DNA of 63,929 bases, filler included, from Octopus bimaculoides (Eukaryota): assembly GCF_001194135.2 (NCBI RefSeq). It is 5 parts of 4 records of this genome, joined end to end, with 100 filler letters (N's around TTAATTAATTAA, not from the genome) between each part and the next. Parts side by side here need not be neighbours in the genome. Positions count along the whole stretch, not along the records: positions 1 to 16,684 come from NC_068982.1; 4 more parts are not named here. One strand, given 5' to 3'. The number at the start of each line of letters is the position of its first letter. The stretch's first letter is position 1. Positions 1 through 13,194 of the stretch are shown here, in pieces. A program made the translations under genes and the position numbers. The notes under the pieces are model-generated. The model ran no database searches and was not told where the DNA came from. It worked only from the letters and a program-made list of their open reading frames with translations.

Positions 1-82
<82 letters not shown>
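1..82. repeat. (ATT)n microsatellite; representative of many ATT/TAA arrays (e.g. 1826-1900, 1991-2092, 9756-9816, 11795-11915, 39808-39925, 40188-40312, 59270-59330)
   Basis: Direct reading of pure trinucleotide arrays; these produce the poly-I/L/Y/N ORFs in the track. Confidence 0.98.
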
Positions 83-83
<1 letters not shown>

Positions 84-264
84 GCCTAGCAGCATTTCTT
101 TCTAGCTTTAGTTTCTTGATTCAAATACCACCGAGGTCGAAGTTGACTTTTCCCCTTTCAGGGTCAATAAAATAGAGTACCAGTTGAACTCTAAGATCAA
201 TGTAATCGACTAGCCCCTCCCTCAAAATTGCAGACCTTGTGCCTATAAGCGAATGGATCATTAT
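84..264 (+). mobile_element. tRNA-derived SINE family A, 5'-truncated copy
   Basis: Matches other family A copies: TTCAAATACCACCGAGGTCG (B-box region), GGTCAATAAAATAGAGTACCAGTTGA core, CCTTGTGCCTATA tail running into ATT. Confidence 0.85.
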
Positions 265-596
265 CGATAGCCTTTAAAATGTTTAGAATATTATTATCAA
301 TATTATCAGCAGACTTTTAAAAAAATACATTATATTAATTTTGCCTCCTTACTTAGAGAGTTCAGTAGTTTTATAGAGGTAGTTCTGTGGAGTGTGCATA
401 GCGTACGTATAACCCGCTGTTGTTGTTGTTGTTTAGCCCTAGATCAGGTGTAATGGAGCGCTAACTTTAACCCACACATCGCCAGCCAGAGACCTCTGCT
501 CTGCACTCAATCACAGTGAGTTATATAATAAGCTGGAGGAGATAAAAGAAGGGCCCAAATGACCGGTTATGAGTTGCCGTATATAATTTTTTCTAC

Positions 597-1040
597 TACA
601 GGCACAAGGCCGGGGTGGGGGGCGGAGAAGAGGGATACTCGGTTACATCGATCCTGTTGCTCGACGAATAGTTATTTTATCGAAATCCTGAAATGATGAA
701 TGGCAAAGTCGACATCGGTTGATCCTACACTCAGAACAGAAAGCCGGGAGAAATGCTGCTAAATATTTTGTCCGGCGTCCTAATGATTCCGCCCACTCAT
801 TGCCTTTTAAGTTGCCAAATATAATCCATTCTACCATAGGCAGAAGGACCGAAATTTTGTGGGAGGTGGGTAGTCGGTTAAATCAACCCGAGTACCCAGA
901 TAGTGCTTACCCGTTTTGACCCCCGAAAGAGTAAAAGGCGAAGTCGAACTCGGTGGGATTTGGACTCGGAAATAAAGTTGAAAGAAATGCCTCTAATCTC
1001 TTAATACAGCGTGCTAGTAATCCTCCGAGATCGCCACCTT
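597..1040 (-). mobile_element. Two SINE family A copies (597-797 and ~835-1040)
   Basis: Reverse complements of the family A core (e.g. GGCAAAGTCGAC, GGCGAAGTCGAACTCGGTGGGATTTGGACTC, TGCTGCTAAATATTTTGTCCGG). Confidence 0.8.
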
Positions 1041-1089
1041 TGAATTGTCAATTGTAATGAGATTACAATTCCTATAACGTGAGCACAGG

Positions 1090-1750
1090 TACTTCTGGTT
1101 GACTACATTCATTGATGTAAGGTTAGTGGAGTTTTCTGTTAGCTTTCTTACATATTTCTGCTTATATCTTAACAAACAATCTTCTTGGTTTTCGCAGAAG
1201 ACGCCCCCCCCCCCAGCTCCTTCTGTTCATGTTAGATTGATAATCAATGTGCAATACTGGTCTGAAGCGGAATCAACTACAATCTCAAAAATGTGATTAA
1301 ATATCAATTGAAAAACAAAAAGTTTTGATGGATATTGTTCTAGATATTAAATTGAAAATGTCAAAAGAAAGAAAAAGCGACGTAGCGGCATATAACATCT
1401 CATCACGTGATCTAGTTAGTATCGCACTGCAGCTGTGAAGCCATAACGTCAACAGATATAATACACCAGTTGTTCAACATGCTAGAAATAGTAGCCACAT
1501 TTCCCTCTTCTCACACATTACTCTCTTTATACGTGTAGTAATCATTGGAAACTGTGGTCCTAGATTCTTTCAAAAATACTCTTTATGGTCACGGTTGGAA
1601 GACAATCGATCACGTGGCTGCATGATTAGAACATTCCTGGTACTTAACAACAACAGACACATAAATAAAAACGTATGTAAAGAATATGTTTTAGAAAATT
1701 ATCTTTCTCATTTAATCATTTTTAAATCAATCTAGAAATTGTTCTACTTT
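1090..1750. repeat. Unclassified ~650-bp block homologous to 13195-13920; contains an embedded (AAC)n-tailed SINE-like repeat (family E, ~1478-1655)
   Basis: Long near-identical stretches, e.g. GGATATTGTTCTAGATATTAAATTGAAAATGTCAAAAGAAAGAAAAAG and GCTGTGAAGCCATAACGTCAACAGATATAATACACCAG shared with 13437-13577. Confidence 0.85.
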
Positions 1751-1844
1751 CTTCTTCTTCTTCTTCTTCTTCTTCTTCTTCTTCTTCTTCTTCTTCTTCT
1801 TCTTTTTCTTCTTTTTCTACTTCTGATTATTATTATTATTATTA

Positions 1845-1900
<56 letters not shown>

Positions 1901-1903
<3 letters not shown>

Positions 1904-1990
1904 TAGGTTTATTTTTATAGCGTGCTTTCACTTCACTACCGAGCGCAGCTCTGTGTGCCTTGGGTATGTGCTGTGGTTTGCTGTGATGCT
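1901..1990 (-). mobile_element. R4/Dong-like REL non-LTR retrotransposon, 90-bp 3' terminal fragment in a (TAA)n array
   Basis: Near-identical to the 3' UTR of copies 10446-10653 and 10686-10774; on the minus strand it ends ...AAAAATAAACCTACTG followed by (AAT)n. Confidence 0.8.
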
Positions 1991-2026
1991 ATTATTATTA
2001 TCATTATTATTGTTATTATTATTATC

Positions 2027-2079
<53 letters not shown>

Positions 2080-2093
2080 CATTATTATTATTA

Positions 2094-2304
2094 TGGCGGT
2101 GAGCTGGCAGAATCGTTAGTACGCGGGCAAAATGTTTAGCAGCATTTCGTCCGTCTTTACGTTCTGAATTCAAATTCTGCTGAGATCGACTTTGCCTTTC
2201 ATCCTTTCAGAGTCGATAAAATAAGTACCAGTTGAACATTAGGGTCGATATAATCGACTCAGCCCCTTCCCCAAAATTGCTGCCCTTGTTGCAAAATTTG
2301 AAAC

Positions 2305-2340
<36 letters not shown>

Positions 2341-2556
2341 CTAGGCGTCGAGCTGGCAGAATCGTTAGCGCGCCGGGCGAAATGGTTGGAGGAATTTCGT
2401 CTACTGCTAATTTCTGAGCTCAAATTCCGCCGATGTCGGCTTTGCCTTACACCCATTCTGGGTCGATAAAATAAGTACCAGTCGAGTACTGGGGTCGATG
2501 TAATCGACTTTACCCCTCCCGTAAGTTTCAGGCCTTGTGCCTTGAGTAGAAAGGAT
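2094..2556 (+). mobile_element. Two full-length SINE family A copies (2094-2305; 2344-2556) separated by (ATT)n
   Basis: Head GGCGGTGAGCTGGCAGAATCGTTAG (A-box-like), GAATTCAAATTC / GAGCTCAAATTCC (B-box-like), conserved core; tails AAAATTTGAAAC(TAT)n and AGTAGAAAGG(ATT)n. Confidence 0.9.
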
Positions 2557-2567
2557 TATTATTAATG

Positions 2568-2994
2568 TTGATTGAGAGAGCAGCGCATACCATGAAAGAG
2601 ACACCGGGATACAAATATACGAAGCCTAGTATACCCATCATGATTACCCGTCAGATAAGTGTACACCAGGCATATGCACCACAACCATATGTACGTGACA
2701 TGGTGATTTCATATCAAGATAAGCAGCGCATGACCTTGCAGGTGGGGCCCAGTTAGAGTTTTCTTCAGTTCGAGTAGACTATCCCGCTCAAAGGTATCTG
2801 AATAAGAGTTGTTTAAGGATGTCGAACGAAACACCCATCGGATCAGAAGTGAATTATTCAACCTCCAAAGTATTCCGCTCAACACATGACTATGATGCTC
2901 TCCTATCACTTCTGCTCGTGATCAGGAATGTACATATTCTCAGTTAAGATCAGAAGCCATGATAGCCAGTGTTTGGCACCGCATCAGGGCATTT
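2568..2994 (-). mobile_element. Unclassified ~430-bp interspersed element embedded in (AAT)n
   Basis: GC-richer, non-coding unit bounded on both sides by ATT/AAT arrays; orientation and class are inferred only. Confidence 0.4.
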
Positions 2995-3002
2995 ATTATT
3001 AC

Positions 3003-3041
<39 letters not shown>

Positions 3042-3158
3042 CATCATCATCATCATCATCATGATCCTCACCATCATCATCATTATCATCATCAGTGCTC
3101 AACTGGTAGTAATTTAATCGACGTCAAAAGCATGAAAGGCAAAGTCAGCCAATAATAA

Positions 3159-3276
3159 TAGAAGAAGAAGAAGAAGAAGAAGAAGAAGAAGAAGAAGAAG
3201 AAGAAGAAGAAGAAGAAGAAGAAGAAGAAGAAGAAGAAGAAGAAGAAGAAGAAGAAGAAGAAGAAGAAGAAGAAGA
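3159..3276. repeat. (GAA)n microsatellite (also 1747-1815 on the other strand, 5584-5688 GAA/GGA)
   Basis: Direct reading. Confidence 0.98.
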
Positions 3277-4001
3277 ATATTTATAATTATGAACAAGTTA
3301 CACTTATAACCAAGAGGGTTTCAAAACCCTTACATGTTTAGAAATACCAGTCAAAACCGCTATAAAACCATTTTCATAACTCATATCTCTCTGAAGAGAA
3401 ATAGGTATGTGTTTGGGTTGGTGGTGTTAATGAGGTGTAAGATACATGTCTTTTGATAAAAACATTCGTTGATAGTAGTATTTCTCTAGAGAGAAATAAT
3501 ACGAATGATAAAAATGGCTGTATAACGGTTTTGACTGCTATTTCTAAACGTGTAAGGGTTTTGAAATTATTTAATTTTCCCAACTCATATCCGGTGATTT
3601 CGCGGTGGTTCAGTCATTTCTCATAATCGTTGCGCATGACATTTGAATTCAAAACTTGAATGTGTAGATAGAGTTTGACATATTTCTCTTGCCGGTTGGG
3701 ATACATGTTAGCCCAAAAGTAAGGTCTTACATTCATTTATATCTATAGGAATATTCTTCTGACGACACGAATGGGTCCTTTAATAGGCCCCTAACATCGA
3801 AATTGCAATAGGGAATTAACCAGTTAATTTTAAGTTGTGGATTCTATTTTTCATGTCGCCTGCAGACAGCTTTTATCGCGAAGAGAAATAATATGAGTGA
3901 TGAAAATGGCTTTATAGCGATTTTGACTGCTATTTCTGAACATGTAAGAGTTTTGAAACCGTCTTGGTTATAATTGTGACTTGTTCATGATTATAAACAT
4001 T
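3276..4001. mobile_element. Foldback/MITE-like element with ~115-bp terminal inverted repeats and an internal partial third arm (~3488-3575)
   Basis: 3276-3392 is the reverse complement of 3882-4001 with scattered mismatches (TTATAACCAAGAGGGTTTCAAAACCCTTACATGTT vs AACATGTAAGAGTTTTGAAACCGTCTTGGTTATAA). Confidence 0.75.
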
Positions 4002-4078
4002 CTTTCTCTATGTATTTTATAACATGTTTGGCCATTGATATATTCATAGATAATTATTAATTGTATTATTACATTACT

Positions 4079-4140
<62 letters not shown>

Positions 4141-4785
4141 CAAATAATATATGAGTATATGCATATATACGTACATGTATGTACATACCTACATCTACAT
4201 GTATATATAGATGCATATCTGGGTACAGGACGTTGCAAAAAGATGTGGACAAAATGATAAACAGAATACAGAAAACACACAGGCAACATAGAGAACATTT
4301 CCTTCATCAGCTGCCACCATTCTAAAACTAAGCGTTTCGAAGAGTTAGGGCAGGACGCATTGTTAGAATGGCTCTTCCCACGGGCCACAAATTAAATTTG
4401 CACCGTGGAGGAATGTAGTGGCGGACAGAAAACAAGACAGGAAAACGAAACAGTGAAAACAAACAAGAAAGGCTATACGGCCAGATGTGAAAAAATATGT
4501 GTATACTGAACGCTGTGAAGCAACGAACTGGAAGGAAGAGGGACGAAGAATAGTTCAAGTGAGCTTGGCGACCGCCAAGGTAAGAAAGGAAGTAGTAGCC
4601 GGACACATGTGACCAGCGAGGGGTAAGGAGAAAGAGTGGTAGAGGGAGAAAAAGATAGGGAAGTAGAATATAGGTGAGCAACGAGAGACAGGGAGGAAGA
4701 GAGAAATATAGTAGTGAAGGGGAGAGGCGAAGAACAACAGAAGGAAGAAAGAGAGGGGGAAACGACACACAGATCTATTCATGCA

Positions 4786-4824
<39 letters not shown>

Positions 4825-5685
4825 AGTCTTTTAAATTGCAGTATTCGCCTTGAGAAAGTATCCCTCATAGACGTAATGTTAGAAATAGAAAAATATCAGC
4901 AATAGGTGAAGTACACCCAACAAATATTGAGAATTTGCTGGAACCAGATTTCTGCTTGTTAGCTTTACCAGGGGCAAAATATCCACGTCACCTCATGTCA
5001 AGCAAACATTGGTTGCTAACTGATATAGTTAAACATTGATTGAAAGATAACTGATGTCGCGTTTAGCCATCAGGCTGAACAGAAATTTATAAATGGCGAC
5101 GGATGCAGTATTAGTTCAAAATTGACTAACAGAATACATATTCAAAGCTTATACTGGGGGTGATATGATTGTTCAAACTGTCACCCATGTAGCCCAAGCA
5201 CACTCATAGTCCAGTAAAGGAAAAACAGTGTTATTTAAACAGAAATACAGAATATGAGTTACTGGGAGGAATTGTGTTCGATCCTTCCTGTAGAGTGACT
5301 ACAAATATTTCACCAAGACATTTTTATATCAGTTGCAAATGTATTGGTCTCTTAATTAAATTATTATTGCTTTGTGCCGACATCAAATTTTGTCATATTT
5401 GTTTACTTTAGATTGTGCGTTATTTGAGCTGTTTGTTTATATATATATATATATAAATGGAATGCAGCCGTTGTCGAACGAGCACGTGAAATATGGTTTA
5501 GGCGGTTGCACAGATACAGAAACAGGATTCCTTAACAACGTCTCTTTTTCACATTACAGTGATCATGATGATGATGATGATAAGGAAGAAGAAGAAGAAG
5601 AAGAAGAAGAAGAAGAAGAAGAAGAAGAAGAAGAAGAAGAAGAAGAAGAAGAAGAAGAAGAAGAAGAAGGAGGAGGAGGAGGAGG

Positions 5686-5929
5686 AGGTTAATGTCGAGA
5701 CTATCGTTAGGAACGCTTACGTCACAGCACACACATACTGTGTTACAACAGTGTTTGGAATGTGACTGTTTTAATTTTCCGACTGATTAAAGAAGTATTT
5801 CATTTCATCGTCTCATGACGACCAAATTCACATCACCATTGAGATTCTACATGCTTCTCTCTCCAGCGCACTTAATACGAAGATAAACATCTTATTCAGC
5901 TCATAAGTCTGAAGTTTAAAAGACGATTA
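5686..5929. repeat. Unclassified block homologous to 16351-16617
   Basis: Shared strings CTTACGTCACA, TACAACAGTGTTTG, CTCATG(A/G)CGACCAAATTC, TACATGCTTCTCTCTC, AAGATAAACA, ATTCAGCTC in the same order. Confidence 0.8.
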
Positions 5930-6658
5930 NNNNNNNNNNNNNNNNNNNNNNNNNNNNNNNNNNNNNNNNNNNNNNNNNNNNNNNNNNNNNNNNNNNNNNN
6001 NNNNNNNNNNNNNNNNNNNNNNNNNNNNNNNNNNNNNNNNNNNNNNNNNNNNNNNNNNNNNNNNNNNNNNNNNNNNNNNNNNNNNNNNNNNNNNNNNNNN
6101 NNNNNNNNNNNNNNNNNNNNNNNNNNNNNNNNNNNNNNNNNNNNNNNNNNNNNNNNNNNNNNNNNNNNNNNNNNNNNNNNNNNNNNNNNNNNNNNNNNNN
6201 NNNNNNNNNNNNNNNNNNNNNNNNNNNNNNNNNNNNNNNNNNNNNNNNNNNNNNNNNNNNNNNNNNNNNNNNNNNNNNNNNNNNNNNNNNNNNNNNNNNN
6301 NNNNNNNNNNNNNNNNNNNNNNNNNNNNNNNNNNNNNNNNNNNNNNNNNNNNNNNNNNNNNNNNNNNNNNNNNNNNNNNNNNNNNNNNNNNNNNNNNNNN
6401 NNNNNNNNNNNNNNNNNNNNNNNNNNNNNNNNNNNNNNNNNNNNNNNNNNNNNNNNNNNNNNNNNNNNNNNNNNNNNNNNNNNNNNNNNNNNNNNNNNNN
6501 NNNNNNNNNNNNNNNNNNNNNNNNNNNNNNNNNNNNNNNNNNNNNNNNNNNNNNNNNNNNNNNNNNNNNNNNNNNNNNNNNNNNNNNNNNNNNNNNNNNN
6601 NNNNNNNNNNNNNNNNNNNNNNNNNNNNNNNNNNNNNNNNNNNNNNNNNNNNNNNNNG

Positions 6659-7000
6659 GTTCCAGTTGATCCGATCAACCGAACAGCCTGCTCGTGAAAT
6701 TAACGTGCAAGTGGCTGAGCACTCCACAGACACGTGTACCCTTAACGTAGTTCTCGGGGATATTCAGCGTGACACAGTGTGCAAGGCTGGCCCTTTGAAA
6801 TACAGGTACAACAGAAACAGGAAGAAAGAGTGAGAGAAAGTTGTGGCGATAGAGTACAGCAGGGTCCGCCACCACCCGGAGCCTCGTGGAGCATTAGGTG
6901 TTTTCGCTCAATAAACACTCACAAAGCCCGGTCTGGGAATCGAAACCGCGATCCTACGACCGCGAGTCTGCTGCCCTAACCACCGGGCCATTGCGCCTGC
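6659..7000 (-). mobile_element. tRNA-derived SINE family C (~400 bp), 3' end lost in the N gap
   Basis: Reverse complement of 43739-44095; head GGCGCAATGGCCCGGTGGTTAGGGCAGC...GGTTTCGATTCCCAGACC. Confidence 0.9.
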
Positions 7001-7088
7001 ACAGATAACCAAGTTACAACAGGTATATAGTCCATTTTTTGTATTATAGTGCATTGTTGTACCATTGTAAGCTTTTTATTCTTTACAA

Positions 7089-7121
<33 letters not shown>

Positions 7122-7124
7122 AGT

Positions 7125-7682
7125 GCGCGCGCCTTTTCTTTTATTTGTCGCAGCCATTAGACTGCAGCCAAGCAGGAGCTCCACGTTGAATAATTTTAAT
7201 CGAACGAATCGACCCGAGTACTTATTTTTTAAGCCTGGCGCTTATTCTGTCAGTCTATTTGCATATATGTTTTTAAATATATCCTTTAATTTCGTTTACG
7301 GGAAACGTTTTCAATATAATGGAGGATAAATATAGCAATGATAATCATAATAATCTCTGGACGGAATTTATGAATATTTTATCGTATCGCTACGCGCGTT
7401 TCTACAAATTGTATGGTTTCAAAGATAATAGTCTGTATTCCTGGGATGATTACAGTCCAGTCCGTTGCATCCATGGACATATTTTTAAATATATGTACGA
7501 AAATGTATACATTCGTGTGTGTATAGGCGTAGCTGTGTGGTAAGAATTTGCTTCCAAACTGCATAGTTCCAGGTTCAATCCCACTGCATGATACCTTGGG
7601 CTAGTGTCTTCTAATATGACCTTCAGCCGACCAAGGCCTGACGAGTGGATTTGGTAGACGGAAACTGAAAGGAGCCCGTTGT
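7125..7682. mobile_element. CORE-type SINE family D fragments: 3' part on minus strand (~7125-7255) and 5' part on plus strand (7526-7682)
   Basis: GGTTCAATCCCACTGC B-box-like segment, CCTTGGGCTAGTGTCTTCT CORE-like segment, GAGTGGATTTGGTAGACGGAAACTGAAAG family signature. Confidence 0.75.
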
Positions 7683-8599
7683 ATGTGTGTGCGTATATCT
7701 CTGTGTGTGTATGTGTGTATGTAAGTGTATTGGTGTTCGTTTCTACTTCTTACTGTTCTTTTCCACCAGTTTGTTTCAGTTTTATATTGTTTTTTGTTTT
7801 TTGTTTGTTTTTTTCCTTTCCAAATAAACAAAATCACTTCTCTGAAACATCTCCTATCCACTGCACAATCACAACTACAACATATTTTAACCTTTTTAAT
7901 ATTTAGTATTCTCATTGACACTTTTCTTCCGTCTCCCTCATTTTCCCTCTATACTACCTTCGTATTTATTCCATTATTTTCTTCCTCCCTGTACAGTTAT
8001 TTTTATCAGTCATTTTACACTATCAATACATCCACCAACAACTTTTTATCTCAGTATAATCATTACTTTCTGTATTATACCCAAAATTTCAATATACCTT
8101 TATTTATATCTTTTATTCTTGTATATATTATTATAATCCTCTTCGTCCATCGTTCTTATGGATTGTTATGAAGATTGTTATTAAGAGAAAGAAATTGATT
8201 AAACACATTCTCCTACTTGTAATTTTAAAAATTCTACAATACAACAGATCACAGAAACCAAGAAGCAGAAGCAGAAGAATAGAGCAGGCAACACATTAAC
8301 AGGTGGGAAAATGTCTACGACCAATTCGGAAGTACAAAACACATAGCTAGGGATGAATATAGAATTGTTAAAGTGAGGTTTGCCTCGGGAAGAGGCCAAT
8401 AAAGCACTCAACAACCACCCTAACGGATGACTAACTCATCTTCAACCCCATTTACTTTGGACGAAGAGTGTTTAAAATAAGAATATAAAATATACAACCA
8501 GAAATCAACATCTGCTGCTTGGTGGCAGTGGTTTTCTATGATACAGAAGAGAAAACCAGTATTCTGGATATACAGTGAATACAGAAACCGAACTGGTTA

Positions 8600-9754
8600 G
8601 AACAGGGTATGCAGTTGTTATACAATGAATCGGTCAAGTGTCGAGGCCATCCCGGACTTCATAACTCCACCGGATTGCACAAAGCTTCACGTAGTTGTTG
8701 TGCGCAAAAGATCGACACCTGTACGGGGACACAAATCACTTCAAAGTCTTTTGCCCACCCACTGAATGAGAGACTGGGCATACCATGGCAGCTGAGGCTA
8801 CATCTCCATTACTTCTTAGATGGTGAGAAGATGTGGTAACCGTTTGTCAGACTCGCTCTTCCACAGCTCTTCACTTTGACTGAGCTGCGGTCTTGGATCA
8901 AGTGTAGGTCGCTTGGCACATAGAGTGTTGCCAGGTGCTCACAACCCTCTGTCAGTCGGGCAATGCGGTAGGTGGAAGTTCCACTCTATCATTCTATAGA
9001 GTTTAGTGGCGGACAAGAGCATCGACGAGAATCAGTCGGCTGGTCTGCTCCAGAGAACTTTCGGGCCGGGGTCTTTGAATGATTTCCAGAAATCCTTGGC
9101 CTGGCATTGCAACCGGGACGGAAGTGCCTTCAGCCGGACTCCACCAAAATGCGTGCAGAGCGACGATCTTGTTCTGCACGCTCTCGTCCAGTGCCGGAGT
9201 ATTGCTGACCTGGGGGATAATGTCCAAAACCTGCTGTCACGTGTAGGGCAGATCTGGCTATCGGTTGAGTCCATTTTGAAGATCATTCCGCCGCTTTCCT
9301 TTGGCTGGGGAGGACAGGCAGTATTTCTTTGTTTAATAGTCATAGTGAAAGACGTTGTGAAGTGGACTAGGTTGAAAGTACTAAAAATAGATACTTTCCT
9401 CTTTAGCCAAGCCCTCATCTATTTTTTCAAGTTTCACTTGGAAAGAAAAGTGAGCGTAGAAAGCGCAATTTAGTTAAAATGTGAGTGAATATGGCAAGAA
9501 TGGTCCGAGTGAACTTTAAGCATGCCCCTATAGACGATGGGAAGGCAATCACCCTGGTGATCAGGCCTCCACGGTTCTGTAGGGTTTCCATGAGCAGCCC
9601 TAGGAACTTTCCATCCTTTGGGGGAAATTTTCGTTATTAAAATTTATTTTGTTACCTGTTTACACGTTTCATTTTATGTAACCCCACCTTGCACTGTTTT
9701 ATGCAGTCACCAGTGTTTTTGCATTTTTGTGAACCCTTAGTGATGAATAAAGAA

Positions 9755-9756
<2 letters not shown>
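8600..9756 (+). mobile_element. L1/Tx1-clade LINE, 3' part of ORF2 plus 3' UTR, decayed and 5'-truncated
   Basis: Translations HPLNERLGIPWQLRLHLHYFLDGEKMW and FQKSLAW...PKC...VLHALVQC...SILKIIPP...AVFLCL...TRLK...FFKFHLERKV resemble the post-RT/zinc-finger region of Tx1 ORF2; AATAAA at 9746-9751 then (ATT)n. Confidence 0.7.
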
Positions 9757-9817
<61 letters not shown>

Positions 9818-10445
9818 GACATCGCACAGTATATAATATCGTGAGGTTGTTGATTGAAAATATTGTGTCTACCGGGGGTTTGTACTGTTTGTCAAGTCAC
9901 AGCAAGGACCTCAGACAGACAGTACTTTACTGTAGTGGTGGAGATGGAGGTGGTGGTGGTAGAGGTGGTGGTGGTGGTGGTAGTGGTGGTGGTGGTGGTA
10001 ATTGGAAAGTAAAAAGTGTAAGTCTTTTTTATATCACCTATCACTTAACGCATGCGCATAAGTGCAATTCCGTGAAATATTCACGCATATTTACATGGCA
10101 ATATATGTAATTTAACTAAAGAAGTTATCATATGTACGGAATATTTTATTTGTTTGTTTATGGGGAAAATGGAAAAATAAGAGCGAATATTTATTTTATG
10201 AGTGTTGTCTATTAAGTCTATAAAATTGTGCATAAAATATATAAACTGTATTAAGTAATCATCGTATTCCAATTTCTTTCACTTTTCAATGAATAGCAGA
10301 TGAGCTACTATCTTTCCACACAGATACAACACAGACTGCACTTTCAGGTCTTTTTGGATAAAGTTTTCAGAAATAACTCAATACGTTTACCATTAATTCT
10401 GTGAAATATTCACGGGTTCCACTAATTATTATTATTATTATTGTT

Positions 10446-10652
10446 CAGTAGTTTTATTTTTATAACGTGCTTTCACTTTACTACCGAGCGCAGCTCTGTG
10501 TGCCTTGAGTATGTGGTGTGGTTTGCTGTGATGCTCTTATGGTTACTGTATTGAAAGTGTTTTGCGTAGGATGTGTGCAGTGCCCAGTAGTGCAATTTTC
10601 TGTATGTTATATATATTTGTAAGTCCTGGTGTTTTTGTTATGTATTTGTCTG

Positions 10653-10653
<1 letters not shown>
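10446..10653 (-). mobile_element. R4/Dong-like REL LINE 3' fragment
   Basis: Minus-strand translation SDKYITKTPGLTNIYNIQKIALLGTAHILRKTLSIQ*, matching the QK..LLGTA.ILRK.L C-terminus typical of REL elements; flanked by (AAT)n on both sides. Confidence 0.85.
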
Positions 10654-11896
<1,243 letters not shown>

Positions 11897-11915
11897 CATT
11901 ATTATTATTATTATT

Positions 11916-12940
11916 TAAAGATCTCAGTTTTATTTTACTGGCAATGATGGAAATTGTTAGCTGTCCACAGCCAGCCGATTAAGGTGACACTTGTTTACTA
12001 ATCATACTCCAAGTAAAAATGATTTTTGTAGCCGCTCCACCTTAACATTCGATGCAGTCTTTTTCAGCCATGCTGGTAGTTGGGCACTGATACTTTCAAG
12101 TACACCAATCACTATTGCTATTACGTCTACTTCCGTCATTCCCCACAACTTGCGTATTTCTCACTTCAATTCATCATAGTTGTTCATTTTTCCTTCTCTC
12201 TTCAACTCTGTTGTCATCAGGACAGGCTATATCAATTATCAGACATGCTTTTTTTCTTCTATTTACCACAACGATATCATGCTTTCGATGTTTAATCTGA
12301 TGGTCTCACTGAACCATTGCATCCCACAGAGTTTTGCAATCTTCATTCTCAATAACTCATTGCGTAATTTGGTCATATCACGTCTTGGATTTTTCTGGGC
12401 TATAATTTCCACATAGCTTCCAATGGATCATTCTTGTTACATTGTCATATCGCCTTTTATATTCAAGTTGTGGAAATTTCGGGCATTCACTAACAATGTG
12501 CCACACTGTTTTCTCACTCTCTCCACACATTCTGCATTCTGCTAAGTTGTTTTAACAATACTGCACTTCACATAATTTGTCCTCAATGCTTATTCTTATG
12601 CCGTGCATATAAGTGCTTCTGTTTCTATCTTCAAGTCACTCCCTCGGATCCATAACCACCGGCCTTCTGCATCTCTCTTTGCACACGACTCTCTTACTAA
12701 CTAATAGTATATTTTTTTCATTTCCATGCCATTTCCTTTTCTTGACTTCTTCCTTTTTAAATTTCTTTCTCAACACAGTTATCAGTTTTAATGATGCCGA
12801 ACTTCTTGATATGCATCAACAATGATTCCACGATATTTTTTATATACCATCCTAAACCGTTTTCCTCTGATTCAACACAATCCCGTCAACTGATCACTTC
12901 TCTCCCACCCTTTAGGAGGTGCGCTTGTACCCCCTGCAAC
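11916..12940 (-). mobile_element. Second REL-endonuclease LINE subfamily (R4/Dong-like), decayed 3' ~1 kb
   Basis: Frames give GGREVIS*RDCVESEENGLGWYIKN, zinc knuckle CRMCGESEKTVWHIVSECPK, EYKRRYDNVTRMIHWKLC, VIENEDCKTLWD, EIRKLWGM, LQKSFLLG; ends in (AAT)n. Confidence 0.85.
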
Positions 12941-13194
12941 CCCTGTTCTCGAGCCCATGAAAACAGCCACCAATATGAAAGCCAAAAACATCACTGCCAA
13001 CACTAATACAATCATAATCACAGCAACACTATACAACCATAATCACAGCAACAACAACATAAAATATTTTGCCACCTGATGTGAATTTTCTCAATTCTGC
13101 TCCTCTTATCTTCTTTGATCCATATGTCTAGATGATATCTTCCTGTTTCACTTAATATAGTTATTTCTTGCGTTCTTTACAAACCACTTTTAGT

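Noticed and set aside
1922-2173. Homopolymeric or dipeptide ORFs (poly-I/N/L/E/K/Y, YI, CV, HT, LS) throughout the track
   Set aside because: Translations of microsatellites.
4200-4610. RIV.V-type peptides here and at ~8330-8400, possibly L1/Tx1 ORF1 remnants
   Set aside because: Similarity too short and interrupted to support a call.
5896-6733. Long ORFs made of X runs (also 10707-11918, 25956-26626, 32931-34146, 38433-38936, 52894-53423)
   Set aside because: Open only because N gaps contain no stop codons.
7638-7665. CTGACGA...GAAAC hammerhead-like spacing on the plus strand
   Set aside because: Lies in a SINE D copy; other copies read CTTGTGAG here, and there are no stems II/III or cleavage triplet.
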